64,000 nt of DNA from an uncultured Candidatus Saccharibacteria bacterium (GTDB taxonomy: Bacteria; Patescibacteriota; Minisyncoccia; Phycocordibacterales; CSBR16-119). The notes beneath the pieces are model-generated. The model saw nothing but the letters and a program-made list of their open reading frames with translations, ran no database searches and was not told the origin of the DNA. Positions 9,175 through 21,016 of the stretch are shown piece by piece. Location of the stretch: contig CAZLAD010000004.1 of NCBI GenBank assembly GCA_964557535.1, positions 19,039 to 83,038 of the forward strand, read 5' to 3'. A program made the position numbers and the translations under genes. The stretch's first letter is position 1. Every line of letters begins with the position of its first letter.

Positions 9175-11871
9175 TTACGAAGCCCCCTTCATAGCCTTCT
9201 TGGTCTTCACCAAAACTTTCTTCAAATATTTTCCGGTGTGAGATTTTTCATTGTTTGCCACTTCTTCGGGCGTGCCTTTGGCTACGAGCTTGCCGCCGTT
9301 TTCCCCGCCATCAGGACCGAGATCGATGATATAGTCAGCGACTTTTATAAGATCCAAATTGTGCTCGATGATGACAACCGAATTTCCACGAACAACAAGC
9401 TTGTTTAGAACTTCTATTAGTTTTGCCACGTCGTCATAGTGAAGTCCGACCGTTGGCTCATCGAGGAGATAAATTGTTCTCTCCGTCATCGGACGATAGA
9501 GTTCACTAGAAATTTTCACACGCTGGGCCTCCCCGCCAGAAAGCGTCGTCGCTGGTTGACCAATTTCGATATAGCCAAGTCCGACATCATCGAGTGTTTG
9601 TAGTCTGTCAGCAATCGCCGGAATGTCTTCGAAGAATTTAAGTCCGTCCTCGACTGTCATTTTCAAAATTTCGTAAATATTTTTGCCTTTGTATTTTACT
9701 TTCAAAGTTTCTTTGTCGAAACGCTTACCATCACAGACATCGCATTTTACATAAACTGTCGGCAAGAAATGCATTTCCACAGCCACAAGTCCGCGACCTT
9801 CGCAGGCTTCACAACGACCACCTTTGACGTTGAATGAAAATCGATTCGCCTTCCAACCACGAAGCCGCGCTTCTTCGCTCTCGGCAAACATGTCGCGAAT
9901 ATGCCCCCAGGCTCCGGTATATGTCGCGACATTTGACCTTGGAGTTCGGCCGATTGGTGACTGGTCGATAAGAATCGAGCGCGAAACGCTTTCGGCGCCG
10001 AGAAAAGACGCGCAGTTAAAAGTTTTGGCGCTCCGATAACGTCGGTCAAAACGCGCGCGCAAATTCTTGTCGAGAATTTCGTACATGAAACTAGATTTAC
10101 CCGAGCCCGAAACACCCGTGATGACCGTCATCCGACCAAGTGGCACATCGACGTTTAGATTATCAATGTTAAAAATTTTCCCACCACGGATTTTGATCCA
10201 GCCCTTGTCAGCCTCACGACGTTTTTCGGGGAGAGCGATGTATGCCTCGTCGCGCAAATACGCGAGTGTACGAGATTTTGATTTGTTTGTTTTGGCCGTG
10301 AGAAGTTCGTCGAGATAATCCGCAACCACAATTTCCCCACCATGTACACCGGCTTTGGGACCAATATCGACGATATAATCAGACGCATAAATCGTATCTT
10401 CGTCATGTTCTACGACGACAATTGTGTTCCCAAGGTCGCGCAAATCCTCGAGCGTTTTGATCAGACGATCGTTATCACGCTGATGAAGTCCAATCGTCGG
10501 CTCATCGAGAACATACATCGCCCCAACAAGTCTAGAACCGAGCTGTGAAGCAAGTCTGATGCGTTGCGCTTCCCCGCCCGAAAGCGTATTGGCGCGACGT
10601 TCGAGAGCCAGATAGTCCAAGCCGACGTTTAACATAAATTTCAAACGGTCTTCGATTTCTTTGATGATGACCGCAGAAATCTCGCGTTCTTTCGCCGAGA
10701 GTGGAACGGTTGAAATAAAATCATACGCGTCACGAATCGTCATTTTGGTAAAGTTTACGATATTTACACCCCCGCCCGAACGACCGGATGGGTCATTCGG
10801 TCGGGCGGGTTTAGACTTTCCACCCAAGAAAACGTTCAATGCTTCTTCACGAAGTCTGGCCCCATGACACGTCTCGCACGGCTCAGTGCCGAAAAGATGT
10901 TTAGTCCCCAATCCATTACAGGCTGGACAGGCGCCGTATGGAGAGTTGAAAGAGAAAAGTCTCGGCTCGATTTCTGGAAACACGTATCCATCCTCTGGAC
11001 AAATAAGTTTTGCTGAGAGCAATGTTTCTTCTTGATTTTCGTTTTTAACAATGTCTGGTTCGCCCACAACAATACGGATGAAGCCTTCTGATTCGGAAAT
11101 AGATCGCTCAATCGCTTCACCAAGTCGCATTTCAAAATCCCCTGCATTGTCGCGCATTTCATGAACGGCAAAACTATCGATGAGTAAATCGATTTCGTGC
11201 TTTTTGTTTTTCGAAAGTTCAATCGACTCGCGAAGATTTTTCATCCGACCGTCGATGCGGATTTTCTGATAACCTTTGCCGAGCAAATCATAAAGATATT
11301 GATAGTATTCGCCCTTTCGTCCACGCACGACCGGTGAGAAGATGTGGATTTGAGTATCATTCCATTCCGCTCCCATAATTTTTTTCGTGTTTCCTTTTTT
11401 GGAAAGATCAGAAATTTTGTTTTTGATGAACTCAGAAATTTCTTGGTTTGAAAGTTTTTTTATCTCGAGTCCTGAAATCGGACTGTACGGACGTCCAACG
11501 CGCGCATACAGAACGCGGAGGTAGTCGTAGATTTCGGTGATAGTCGCAACCGTCGAACGCGGATTATTCGAACGAGACTTTTGATCGATTGAAATAGCTG
11601 GTGAAAGTCCCGTAATCTCGTCGACGTCCGGCTTTGGCATTTGCGAAAGAAATTGTCTGGCATAAGAAGAAAGCGATTCGACATATCGACGCTGACCTTC
11701 CGCGAAAATTGTGTCGAACGCGAGCGAAGATTTACCCGAGCCAGAGAGCCCCGTAAATACCACCATTTTATTTCGTGGCATAGAAACAGTCACATTTTTC
11801 AAATTATGTGTTCTGGCACCTTTGACCACGATTTCGCCGTAATCTGGTTTGTTTTCTTGTTTGTTTTTCAT
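9175..11871 (-). CDS. uvrA: Excinuclease ABC subunit A
   Basis: 898 aa. Two ABC ATPase modules ([30 protein letters not shown]), LSGGEAQR signatures twice, Zn-finger CxxC motifs. Confidence 0.95.
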   Translation of the reverse strand: MKNKQENKPDYGEIVVKGARTHNLKNVTVSMPRNKMVVFTGLSGSGKSSLAFDTIFAEGQRRYVESLSSYARQFLSQMPKPDVDEITGLSPAISIDQKSRSNNPRSTVATITEIYDYLRVLYARVGRPYSPISGLEIKKLSNQEISEFIKNKISDLSKKGNTKKIMGAEWNDTQIHIFSPVVRGRKGEYYQYLYDLLGKGYQKIRIDGRMKNLRESIELSKNKKHEIDLLIDSFAVHEMRDNAGDFEMRLGEAIERSISESEGFIRIVVGEPDIVKNENQEETLLSAKLICPEDGYVFPEIEPRLFSFNSPYGACPACNGLGTKHLFGTEPCETCHGARLREEALNVFLGGKSKPARPNDPSGRSGGGVNIVNFTKMTIRDAYDFISTVPLSAKEREISAVIIKEIEDRLKFMLNVGLDYLALERRANTLSGGEAQRIRLASQLGSRLVGAMYVLDEPTIGLHQRDNDRLIKTLEDLRDLGNTIVVVEHDEDTIYASDYIVDIGPKAGVHGGEIVVADYLDELLTAKTNKSKSRTLAYLRDEAYIALPEKRREADKGWIKIRGGKIFNIDNLNVDVPLGRMTVITGVSGSGKSSFMYEILDKNLRARFDRRYRSAKTFNCASFLGAESVSRSILIDQSPIGRTPRSNVATYTGAWGHIRDMFAESEEARLRGWKANRFSFNVKGGRCEACEGRGLVAVEMHFLPTVYVKCDVCDGKRFDKETLKVKYKGKNIYEILKMTVEDGLKFFEDIPAIADRLQTLDDVGLGYIEIGQPATTLSGGEAQRVKISSELYRPMTERTIYLLDEPTVGLHYDDVAKLIEVLNKLVVRGNSVVIIEHNLDLIKVADYIIDLGPDGGENGGKLVAKGTPEEVANNEKSHTGKYLKKVLVKTKKAMKGAS

Positions 11872-12353
11872 AAGATGGCACGTAATTATAGCATTTTCTC
11901 CATATTTGACAAAAAAAGATTATTAGTCTATTATATGCCACGATCACCGTTCTTTGACGTTCTGTTCTCACAAAAAGGTAAAGAGTTCCACCTAAAACGG
12001 GCTCACAAACTAAACTGTTCCAAGGAACAAGAAAAATGCTGACTGTGTATGGAATGTTGTGTCTCGGCACAACTGTGTGGGCCATCGGTACCGGTGGACA
12101 AAACGGTAAACCTTTAAAGCTTTGGAAACGATGATGCAGCCGGATGTAATGTTGGCGGTTGTAATCGTGACAGGGCTTGCGCTTTACCTATTCATACAAG
12201 CTTTTGTGCCAAGGATTTCGATCCGAGGCCGAAGCTGGCAAAAAAGTGAGGATGGGCAGACTGCCTAGCTGACGCGAGGCAGAACAACGTCTTCTGAGGA
12301 CTAGACGATGCGAAAGCATCCCACTGGCGTGGCAAAATCTGGTTCTCAACACT

Positions 12354-12392
12354 GAAGGGGTTTCCACGGGAGTGGAAGCCCCTTCTTTTTTT
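12354..12392 (+). terminator. Plus-oriented intrinsic terminator (GAAGGGGTTTCCAC-gg-GTGGAAGCCCCTTC plus TTTTTTT)
   Basis: 14-bp stem with one mismatch, followed by a 7-T run on the plus strand. No A-run on the other side, so it is oriented for a plus-strand transcript of the uvrA-uvrB spacer. Confidence 0.6.
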
Positions 12393-14421
12393 ATTTATTT
12401 TCCAGAACTTTTATTTCATCTCTCAAAATCGCAGCCGTTTCAAAGTCGAGCTCTTTGACTGCCTGAGCCATCTCTCGTTTTTTCAAAGTAACAAGTTTTT
12501 TAATTCCGGCACGGCGTTTTTTCGGATCAGCAATTTTAAACACGGCCGAATCAACTTCGAGTTCTCGACTGACAGCTTTATCGTGGTCGGATTCCATTAT
12601 TTGGGTGATGTCTTTGATTGTCTTCTTGATTGTCTTTGGCGTGATACCGTGCGCTTCATTATAAGCAATTTGTTTTTCACGGCGACGATTGGTCTCGCCT
12701 ATCGCGCGCTCCATCGAGCCGGTAATGTTATCAGCATAGAGAATCACTCGCCCGTCGACATTTCGCGCAGCACGACCGATGGTTTGGATAAGCGAAGTTT
12801 CGGAACGAAGGAAGCCCTCTTTGTCGGCATCGAGAATGCCAATTAGCGACACTTCCGGCAAGTCGAGTCCTTCGCGGAGCAAATTCACACCAACGAGAAT
12901 ATCAAACTCACCTTTGCGAAATTGTGTCAGAATTTTGATTCGCTCAATCGTTTTGATGTCGCTGTGGATGTATTCGGATTTTATTTTTCGCTCTTTCAAA
13001 TACGCGGCCAAATCTTCTGCCATCTTCTTGGTCAGCGTCGTGGCGAGCACTCGCCCACCCTTCGCAATCTCTGCTTCGGCTTCACTTATAAAATCCTGCA
13101 CCTGACCCTTATATTTGCCACCCTCTAAAATACTTCTGACTTCAAGTTTCGGATCGATAAGACCTGTTGGGCGCACAATCTGCTCGGCGATATTTTGGCT
13201 TTCTTTGAGTTCATATTCGCTCGGTGTCGCAGAAGTATAGACTACTTGTCCCACACGTTCTTCGAATTCTTCATAGCGAAGTGGACGATTATCTTTGGCG
13301 GAGGGCAATCGAAAACCATATTTGACCAAAGTGTCTTTGCGAGAAGCGTCTCCGGCATACATGCCGCGTACTTGTGGCAAGGTCACATGTGATTCGTCGA
13401 TAATCGTTAGGAATTCGGGATTGCCATTTTTATCATGTGGGAAATATGAAAGTAGTGTTTCTGGTGCTTCGCCCGGAAGTTTGCCTGACAAATGCCTCGA
13501 ATAATTTTCAATGCCCGAGCAATATCCAACTTCTTTGATAAGCGCGAGATCATAATTCGTTCGGCGTTTCAAACGTTCGGCTTCAAGCGGAAGTCCGGCT
13601 TTTTCAAGTTTCTTTAATTGCTCTTTCAATTCTTCTTTGATTGACTTGATTGCGGCTTCTTTCTTCGCGCCATCGGTGAGGAAGTGCTTGGCTGGGAAAA
13701 TGAAAACCTGAGCAGGCTTTTCGAGAATTTTTGAGCTAACTGGATCAATGAGTAAAATTTCTTTTATCACATCGCCTTCGAGAACCAATCGGTAAACATA
13801 ATTTTCTGAGATCGGCATGACTTCTACCATCGACGATCCGACGCTTCGAAAATCTCCGGAATTTAAATCAGCATTTGTGCGTTCGTAGTGTATAGCAACC
13901 AACTTCTTCATGATTTCGGTTCGGCCGAGCTTGTCGCCAACTTTGATGAGCATATTACTCGTCTTGTACTCCTCCGGACTTCCGAGGCCGTAAATGCATG
14001 AGACCGACGCGACGATAATAACGTCATTACGAGTGAGGAGTGATTGGGTCGAGGCATGGCGCAGGCGGTCAATCTCTTCGTTAATGCTCGCGTCTTTTTC
14101 GATGTAGGTGTCCGAATGCGGAATGTAAGCCTCCGGCTGATAGTAGTCGTAGTATGAGACGAAATAATGCACGGCATTATCCGGGAAAAATTCCTTGAAC
14201 TCTTGGGCAAGCTGGGCGGCCAAAGTTTTGTTGTGGGCGATCACGAGCGTCGGCTTGCCAATTTTTTCAATCACATTTGCCATGGTGAAAGTTTTACCCG
14301 AACCGGTAACACCAAGAAGGGTTTGTTTCTTGAAACCTTTTTTAAGCCCAGCCAAAAGACTCGAAATAGCTTTCGGCTGATCGCCGGCAGGTTTGTAATC
14401 TGACTTGAGATTAAATGACAT
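12391..14421 (-). CDS. uvrB: Excinuclease ABC subunit B (start probably at the internal Met MSFNLKSDYKPAGDQP; the ORF track extends to 14652)
   Basis: The ORF-track sequence aligns to UvrB from MSFNLKSDYKPAGDQPKAI..GVTGSGKTFT onward (helicase motifs, YYDYYQPEAY, C-terminal UVR domain). The 77 aa before that Met are non-homologous and overlap the divergent promoter region. Confidence 0.93.
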   Translation of the reverse strand: MSFNLKSDYKPAGDQPKAISSLLAGLKKGFKKQTLLGVTGSGKTFTMANVIEKIGKPTLVIAHNKTLAAQLAQEFKEFFPDNAVHYFVSYYDYYQPEAYIPHSDTYIEKDASINEEIDRLRHASTQSLLTRNDVIIVASVSCIYGLGSPEEYKTSNMLIKVGDKLGRTEIMKKLVAIHYERTNADLNSGDFRSVGSSMVEVMPISENYVYRLVLEGDVIKEILLIDPVSSKILEKPAQVFIFPAKHFLTDGAKKEAAIKSIKEELKEQLKKLEKAGLPLEAERLKRRTNYDLALIKEVGYCSGIENYSRHLSGKLPGEAPETLLSYFPHDKNGNPEFLTIIDESHVTLPQVRGMYAGDASRKDTLVKYGFRLPSAKDNRPLRYEEFEERVGQVVYTSATPSEYELKESQNIAEQIVRPTGLIDPKLEVRSILEGGKYKGQVQDFISEAEAEIAKGGRVLATTLTKKMAEDLAAYLKERKIKSEYIHSDIKTIERIKILTQFRKGEFDILVGVNLLREGLDLPEVSLIGILDADKEGFLRSETSLIQTIGRAARNVDGRVILYADNITGSMERAIGETNRRREKQIAYNEAHGITPKTIKKTIKDITQIMESDHDKAVSRELEVDSAVFKIADPKKRRAGIKKLVTLKKREMAQAVKELDFETAAILRDEIKVLENK

Positions 14422-14449
14422 GCATGGATTATATTGTTTTGAAGCTTGA

Positions 14450-14836
14450 TTGACAACTTTCCTTATTAGTTTTAGTATGGCGAAAAACCAAACGGCCATG
14501 AAAATCTTGGATGCGAAGCAATACAGCGATTGCGACCTCGAGTATCTGAAAGGCAACGACAGGTATGTGCGATTGCTCGTGTTGAGCGACCTTGAGGCTC
14601 TATCGCTTGGAGACAAATCATCGAATAACCTCAGGGCCGGCCAAGAATTCATTGGCGTAATTGAGTCGAATCTGGGCTTCGGAAGAAGGCTCGAACTCTA
14701 CGGCCCCATGCTGGAAGAACTGGTTACAATCAAACCAATCTCTTCGGCGATCAAAACCGACTACGGAAGACTGCTTCTGACTGATCGGGATGGTGGTAAG
14801 CTCCTTCTCGAACTTCTACTGCCGCAGAAACCATAG
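14450..14836 (+). CDS. Hypothetical protein
   Basis: 128-aa ORF, divergent from uvrB, followed by the terminator at 14864-14893. An alternative start at MAKNQ is possible. Confidence 0.5.
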   Translation: MTTFLISFSMAKNQTAMKILDAKQYSDCDLEYLKGNDRYVRLLVLSDLEALSLGDKSSNNLRAGQEFIGVIESNLGFGRRLELYGPMLEELVTIKPISSAIKTDYGRLLLTDRDGGKLLLELLLPQKP

Positions 14837-14863
14837 GCAGAAACCGCTCTACAGAACGGTCAG

Positions 14864-14893
14864 GGCCCCTCACGGGGCTCTTTCTGTTTTTTA
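14864..14893 (+). terminator. Intrinsic terminator (GGCCCC-tcac-GGGGCT plus T-run)
   Basis: GC stem then CTTTCTGTTTTTT. Confidence 0.55.
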
Positions 14894-14995
14894 TAAAAAT
14901 AAAATATATCACTTTTCGGCGATAGCAGAGAAATGATATATTTTTCGATAACGAATTTCAGCGATAGCAGAAAAGTGTTATCGTGAAAATTTAAT

Positions 14996-15020
14996 GGATT
15001 AGAGGTCCGACCTCTAATCC
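14996..15020 (-). terminator. Perfect inverted repeat GGATTAGAGGT-ccg-ACCTCTAATCC 3' of the DUF1653 gene
   Basis: 11-bp perfect stem located 2 nt after the stop of 15022..15342. Confidence 0.55.
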
Positions 15021-15021
15021 A

Positions 15022-15342
15022 CTATGAATACATTCCGTCTCTTTTTTGCTCCAACTTTTTGATTATTTCCGGATCAGTGATTTTCTGAAATCTTTCAAAT
15101 GTCTTGCCGTCTTTCGTAACTATTTCCATAAACATACCGAGAGGTCTCACATCCCAATGCTTGCCGATTCCATACACACCCGCTGATTCGTACAACGGCC
15201 GATATACAACCATAGCCGATTCTTCAAGTCCGTCAATTTCTGTATGGTGACCAATATTCAAAACCTCATAAGCATAGTTAAACTCATCCTTGGCTGGGTC
15301 ATGTTTGTAATGATAATAAAATCCTTTTTCTGGTTTTTGCAT
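15022..15342 (-). CDS. DUF1653-like small protein
   Basis: 106 aa. YYHYKHDP...MVVYRPLYESAGVYGIGKHWDVRPLGMFMEIV resembles the DUF1653 core (YRHYKG...MVVY..LY..G.WVRP..MF). Confidence 0.6.
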   Translation of the reverse strand: MQKPEKGFYYHYKHDPAKDEFNYAYEVLNIGHHTEIDGLEESAMVVYRPLYESAGVYGIGKHWDVRPLGMFMEIVTKDGKTFERFQKITDPEIIKKLEQKRDGMYS

Positions 15343-15355
15343 AATTGTGCGAGGT

Positions 15356-17427
<2,072 letters not shown>

Positions 17428-17447
<20 letters not shown>

Positions 17448-18477
17448 ATTGTGTATCAATTATGATGTCTTTATATTTTTCCAAATTTTCAAGCACCACT
17501 CCAGTACCACGCGCGACCGCGGTGATCGGATCTTCGGCAATATGAATTGGCATTTTTACTTTCTGGTGCAAAAGTTTATCAAGACCCTTGATCATCGCCC
17601 CACCGCCCACGAGCACAATTCCGCGATGCATGATGTCGGCCAAAATCTCCGGCGGTGTATTTTCGAGAACTTCGCGGATGCCTTCGACGAGAGAATTTAT
17701 AGACGGCGCCATCGCCTCGCGAATATCATCATCGGTGACAACAATCTCGCGTGGAAGTCCCGTGACCAAGTCTCTTCCACGAACCTCGATTTCAACCGTA
17801 TCACCAAAAGGGATTGCTGAGCCGATAGCGATCTTGATATTTTCAGCGGTTTTTTCGCCGATGAGAAGTTTAAACTGATCTTTGAAGTACGACATGATAT
17901 CGGTGTTTAACTTGTCACCAGCAATAGTCAGATTTTTTGACTGAACAATTCCGCCGAGTGAGATAACAGCAATGTCCGTCGTACCGCCACCAATATCCAC
18001 TATCATCGAACCAACCGGATCGTGAATCGGTAAACGAATTCCCACGGCCGCGGCAGTTGGCTCTTCGACGATATAAACTTCGCGCGCGCCGGCACTTTTC
18101 GCAGCGTCATAGACGGCGCGCGTTTCAACAGAGGTGATAGCCGACGGCACACCGATAACCACACGTGGTCGAAAAAATTTCGGCGACATCTTTTCAATTT
18201 TGTTGATGAGATACCCGAGCATTTCTTCGGTAACTTCATAATCCGAAATCACGCCATCGACAAGTGGACGTACGGCCTTGATGTGCGGAGGAGTTCGTCC
18301 GAGCATTTGTTTGGCTTCGGCACCGACAGCGACAATCGTTCCCGTTTTCTTGTTCACGGCCACAACTGACGGCTCGGAGATGACGATGCCTTTACCCTTC
18401 AAGTAAACAAGGGTATTTGCAGTACCCAAGTCTATGCCGATGTCATTTGAAAATAATTTATAAAGTCTCTCAAACAT
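17428..18477 (-). CDS. mreB: Rod shape-determining protein MreB (actin-like ATPase)
   Basis: 349 aa. IGIDLGTANTLVY, DIGGGTTDIAVISLGG and VLVGGGAMIKGL motifs. Confidence 0.95.
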
Positions 18478-19726
18478 AATTTTTTAATTCTTCGACAATA
18501 TTTTCAATCTTCACCATTTTCGTCTTTTCATCACGGCGTTCCTTGATTTCAACTTCGCCGGCTTCGAGCGAACGTTTCCCGACAACTACACGTAACGGTA
18601 TGCCGATAAGGTCGGAATCATTGAATTTCTCTCCGGCGCTCGCATCGCGATCGTCAAACAAAACTTCAACACCAGCGTTTTGCAATTTCTGATAAATTTC
18701 TTCTCCCGCTTTCAAAACATTTTCATCATTTCCAGCGGTAATCAAATGCACCGCAAACGGCGCAATTTCCTTCGGCCAAATAAGTCCGTTGTCGTCAGAG
18801 AGAACTTCGGCGACAGTTCCCATGATACGAGATGGACCAATTCCATAAGAACCCATAAAGACAAACTGATCTTTCCCGGCTTCGTCTTTGTATTTGAGTT
18901 CGAGGGGTTCAGAAAATCGAGTACCGAGCGTAAAAATATTTCCAACTTCAACAGCTTTATTTTCGATCAAAGTTTCTCGTTTAAGATTGAGTTCTGACAA
19001 AACTTCATCATTTAGAACTTCTTTGTTTACGGCAAGCGATTGCGCTTCGTCTAGATAAATCAAATCTTCACCGGCGCTCGTGATGGTTTGAAACTCGTGA
19101 GAATATTTGGAGAAACTTCCACCCGAAGCAAATGTGATATATGTCAGATGCCCAAGTCCGACTCGATCGAAAACATTTTTATAGGCCTTTTTAACTTTTT
19201 CATAAAATTCCAAATGCTCGGCTTCATTTTTAGAAAACGAATACATATCTTTCATCAGAAATTCTCGTCCACGCATGACGCCAGACTTGGCACGAAGCTC
19301 ATTTCGAAACTTCGCTTGAATCTGATATGCCGCAACCGGCAAATCTTTGTACGATGAGATGTGATTTTTCAAAATATCGGTCAACGGCTCTTCATGTGTG
19401 AAGCCAAGTCCGAGCTCAGAATCATTTTTAAGTTTGGTCTTAAACCAATTGTCGACAACGTCATCACTCCAGCGATCTGTCGCTTTCCAAATTTCTGGAT
19501 CTTGGAGAACAGTGAGCTTCATCTCTACGGCACCAAGTTTATTCATCTCGTCGCGAATAACGTTTGAGATCTTGTTCATGACACGAAGTCCAAGTGGTAG
19601 GTACGCATAAACTCCGGCCATTTCTTTATGCACAAATCCGGCGCGGATCAAAAGTTCGGCGTTTTTTGAAGTCTCATCAGCTGGAGCTTCTTTACGGGTC
19701 TTCGTAAATAGTTTTGATTGTCTCAT
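18470..19726 (-). CDS. proS: Proline--tRNA ligase, compact bacterial type without an editing insertion
   Basis: 418 aa. The N-terminus MRQSKLFTKTRKEAPADETSKNAELLIRAGFV aligns with the ProRS N-terminus. Class II motifs and a C-terminal anticodon-binding domain are present. Confidence 0.9.
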   Translation of the reverse strand: MRQSKLFTKTRKEAPADETSKNAELLIRAGFVHKEMAGVYAYLPLGLRVMNKISNVIRDEMNKLGAVEMKLTVLQDPEIWKATDRWSDDVVDNWFKTKLKNDSELGLGFTHEEPLTDILKNHISSYKDLPVAAYQIQAKFRNELRAKSGVMRGREFLMKDMYSFSKNEAEHLEFYEKVKKAYKNVFDRVGLGHLTYITFASGGSFSKYSHEFQTITSAGEDLIYLDEAQSLAVNKEVLNDEVLSELNLKRETLIENKAVEVGNIFTLGTRFSEPLELKYKDEAGKDQFVFMGSYGIGPSRIMGTVAEVLSDDNGLIWPKEIAPFAVHLITAGNDENVLKAGEEIYQKLQNAGVEVLFDDRDASAGEKFNDSDLIGIPLRVVVGKRSLEAGEVEIKERRDEKTKMVKIENIVEELKNYV

Positions 19727-19812
19727 GGATTACATATTACTTGAAAATCAAAGTTTTTACTATATTTGACATATTATACTTAAAATGTTACTGTGAAGAA
19801 AACCCCCACGCC

Positions 19813-20175
19813 ATGAGAGCCATTCTGTATGTGATTCTTTCATTTGGCTTTGGATCCTTGATCCAAGCCCAAGACCGCGAGATCAATCTCAAAGGAGTGC
19901 GTTTCGCGATCGAAAGCGAGTACCACCCCGATAGCACTGGTGAATTCACCAACAGAGTCGACAAGCTCTATATGGTCTCGCCAACCGAACGAACGCGGAT
20001 TGAACTTTCAAACCATCCGTGTGGAAACCAGCTTGTGCGAATCGAACGCCTGCGAATGTTCAATCGCAAAGGACACAAGGTCCTCGAGGTACACTACACA
20101 TGCTTCGTTCAACAAAAGACCGAGCGCTTTCGGATATTCAGCGAAACATTCGCCCTCAGGATACCCGATAAGTAA
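19813..20175 (+). CDS. Small secreted hypothetical protein (start at MRAILYVILSFGFGSLIQAQ; the ORF track starts earlier at 19714)
   Basis: Signal-peptide-like N-terminus from the internal Met. Followed by the terminator at 20198-20228. Confidence 0.5.
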   Translation: MRAILYVILSFGFGSLIQAQDREINLKGVRFAIESEYHPDSTGEFTNRVDKLYMVSPTERTRIELSNHPCGNQLVRIERLRMFNRKGHKVLEVHYTCFVQQKTERFRIFSETFALRIPDK

Positions 20176-20197
20176 GCACCTCATCTACCGCAGAAGT

Positions 20198-20228
20198 CCC
20201 CGGCCACGAGCCGGGGTCTTCATTTTTT
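20198..20228 (+). terminator. Intrinsic terminator (CCCCGGC-cacga-GCCGGGG plus T-run)
   Basis: 7-bp GC stem, then TCTTCATTTTTT. Confidence 0.65.
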
Positions 20229-20256
20229 GCCCATTGATCAATATTATTAAAAACCA

Positions 20257-20295
20257 TGTAACAAATTCCAGCTATAGCACGAAATCGTTACAATT
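20257..20295. promoter_or_regulatory. Imperfect palindrome TGTAACaaattccaGCTATAGCacgaaatcGTTACA, 3' of the PaaX-like gene
   Basis: Shares its TGTAAC ends and GCTATAGC centre with the perfect palindrome at 20859-20896. Confidence 0.6.
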
Positions 20296-20851
20296 ATTTT
20301 AAATCAAATTCTTTTAGAAATTTTCTTTCATCGCTTGTGGCACTGGCGACAATAAATTTTATTGACGGAAAAACTTTATAAAACTCCGCGATAAATTTAA
20401 TCTCTTTCTCGCACGGATAAGGATAAATAAAAACCGATTTTTGATACTCGACAAGTCCAATACTTTTGAAATGGAAACGAACCGCTTCCCTAACCTTCTT
20501 TATTTTTTCGGGAATATCAAACATAACAATTCGCCATTTCCCATCCCAATTTTTCTGCTTGGGAATTTGTAAATTTTCTAGATCGAGTCTTTTGCTTATC
20601 TTTTTCCCTTGTTCAGAAAGAATTATTTCAAATCCATCCCCTTTTGGTTTCAAACTAACGAGTCTCGAATTGTACATAGAATCGAGACTTCGCTTAAGTG
20701 ACATTCGATTTATTTCTCGCCACTCCTTGGCAACTTCACCAATTATTCGCCACTGTTTGCCCAAAGACTTGTTGGCGCTCAAAACAACTCCGGCCGAAAG
20801 AAGCAAAATAATTTTCTTTTTAACCGAACTTAAATAATATTTCTCCCTCAT
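20294..20851 (-). CDS. PaaX-like transcriptional regulator (N-terminal winged helix + Cas2-like PaaX_C domain)
   Basis: 185 aa. The C-terminus WDGKWRIVMFDIPEKIKKVREAVRFHFKSIGLVEYQKSVFIYPYP matches the PaaX C-terminal pattern W.G.W....F..PE....R..LR..L...GF..L..SVF. Confidence 0.6.
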   Translation of the reverse strand: MREKYYLSSVKKKIILLLSAGVVLSANKSLGKQWRIIGEVAKEWREINRMSLKRSLDSMYNSRLVSLKPKGDGFEIILSEQGKKISKRLDLENLQIPKQKNWDGKWRIVMFDIPEKIKKVREAVRFHFKSIGLVEYQKSVFIYPYPCEKEIKFIAEFYKVFPSIKFIVASATSDERKFLKEFDLK

Positions 20852-20858
20852 AAAAGAA

Positions 20859-20896
20859 TTGTAACATATTCATGCTATAGCATGAATATGTTACAA
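20859..20896. promoter_or_regulatory. Perfect 38-bp palindrome TTGTAACATATTCATGCTA|TAGCATGAATATGTTACAA, 8 bp upstream of the PaaX-like start codon (candidate operator)
   Basis: The reverse complement equals itself; verified base by base. Confidence 0.8.
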
Positions 20897-20983
20897 TGAC
20901 ATTTTGGTAAATTAGTTTATTTGGAGTTGTTTTTGTTTATTTTAAATATTATTTTAAATAAATGATTTGGGGTAAAAAACGAA

Positions 20984-21009
20984 GAAGCCGCCGGTAAACC
21001 GACGGCTTC
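20984..21009 (-). terminator. Intrinsic terminator (GAAGCCG-ccggtaaaccg-ACGGCTTC) 3' of the 21017..22138 gene
   Basis: GC stem with a T-run on the minus side (plus-strand AAAAAAC before the stem). Confidence 0.6.
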
Positions 21010-21016
21010 GTGTTCG

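Noticed and set aside
12060-12353. Tested the uvrA-uvrB spacer as tmRNA, RNase P RNA, SRP RNA or 6S RNA
   Set aside because: None of the conserved cores is present: RNase P GGAAAGTCCGGGC, the SRP GGAAGCAGCC-type domain IV, and the tmRNA tRNA-like ends with ACCA. Kept only as a plus-strand unit with small ORFs.
14422-14652. 77-aa N-terminal extension of uvrB in the ORF track
   Set aside because: Homology to UvrB begins at the internal Met (MSFNLKSDYKPAGDQP). The extension is hydrophobic junk overlapping the divergent gene's start region.
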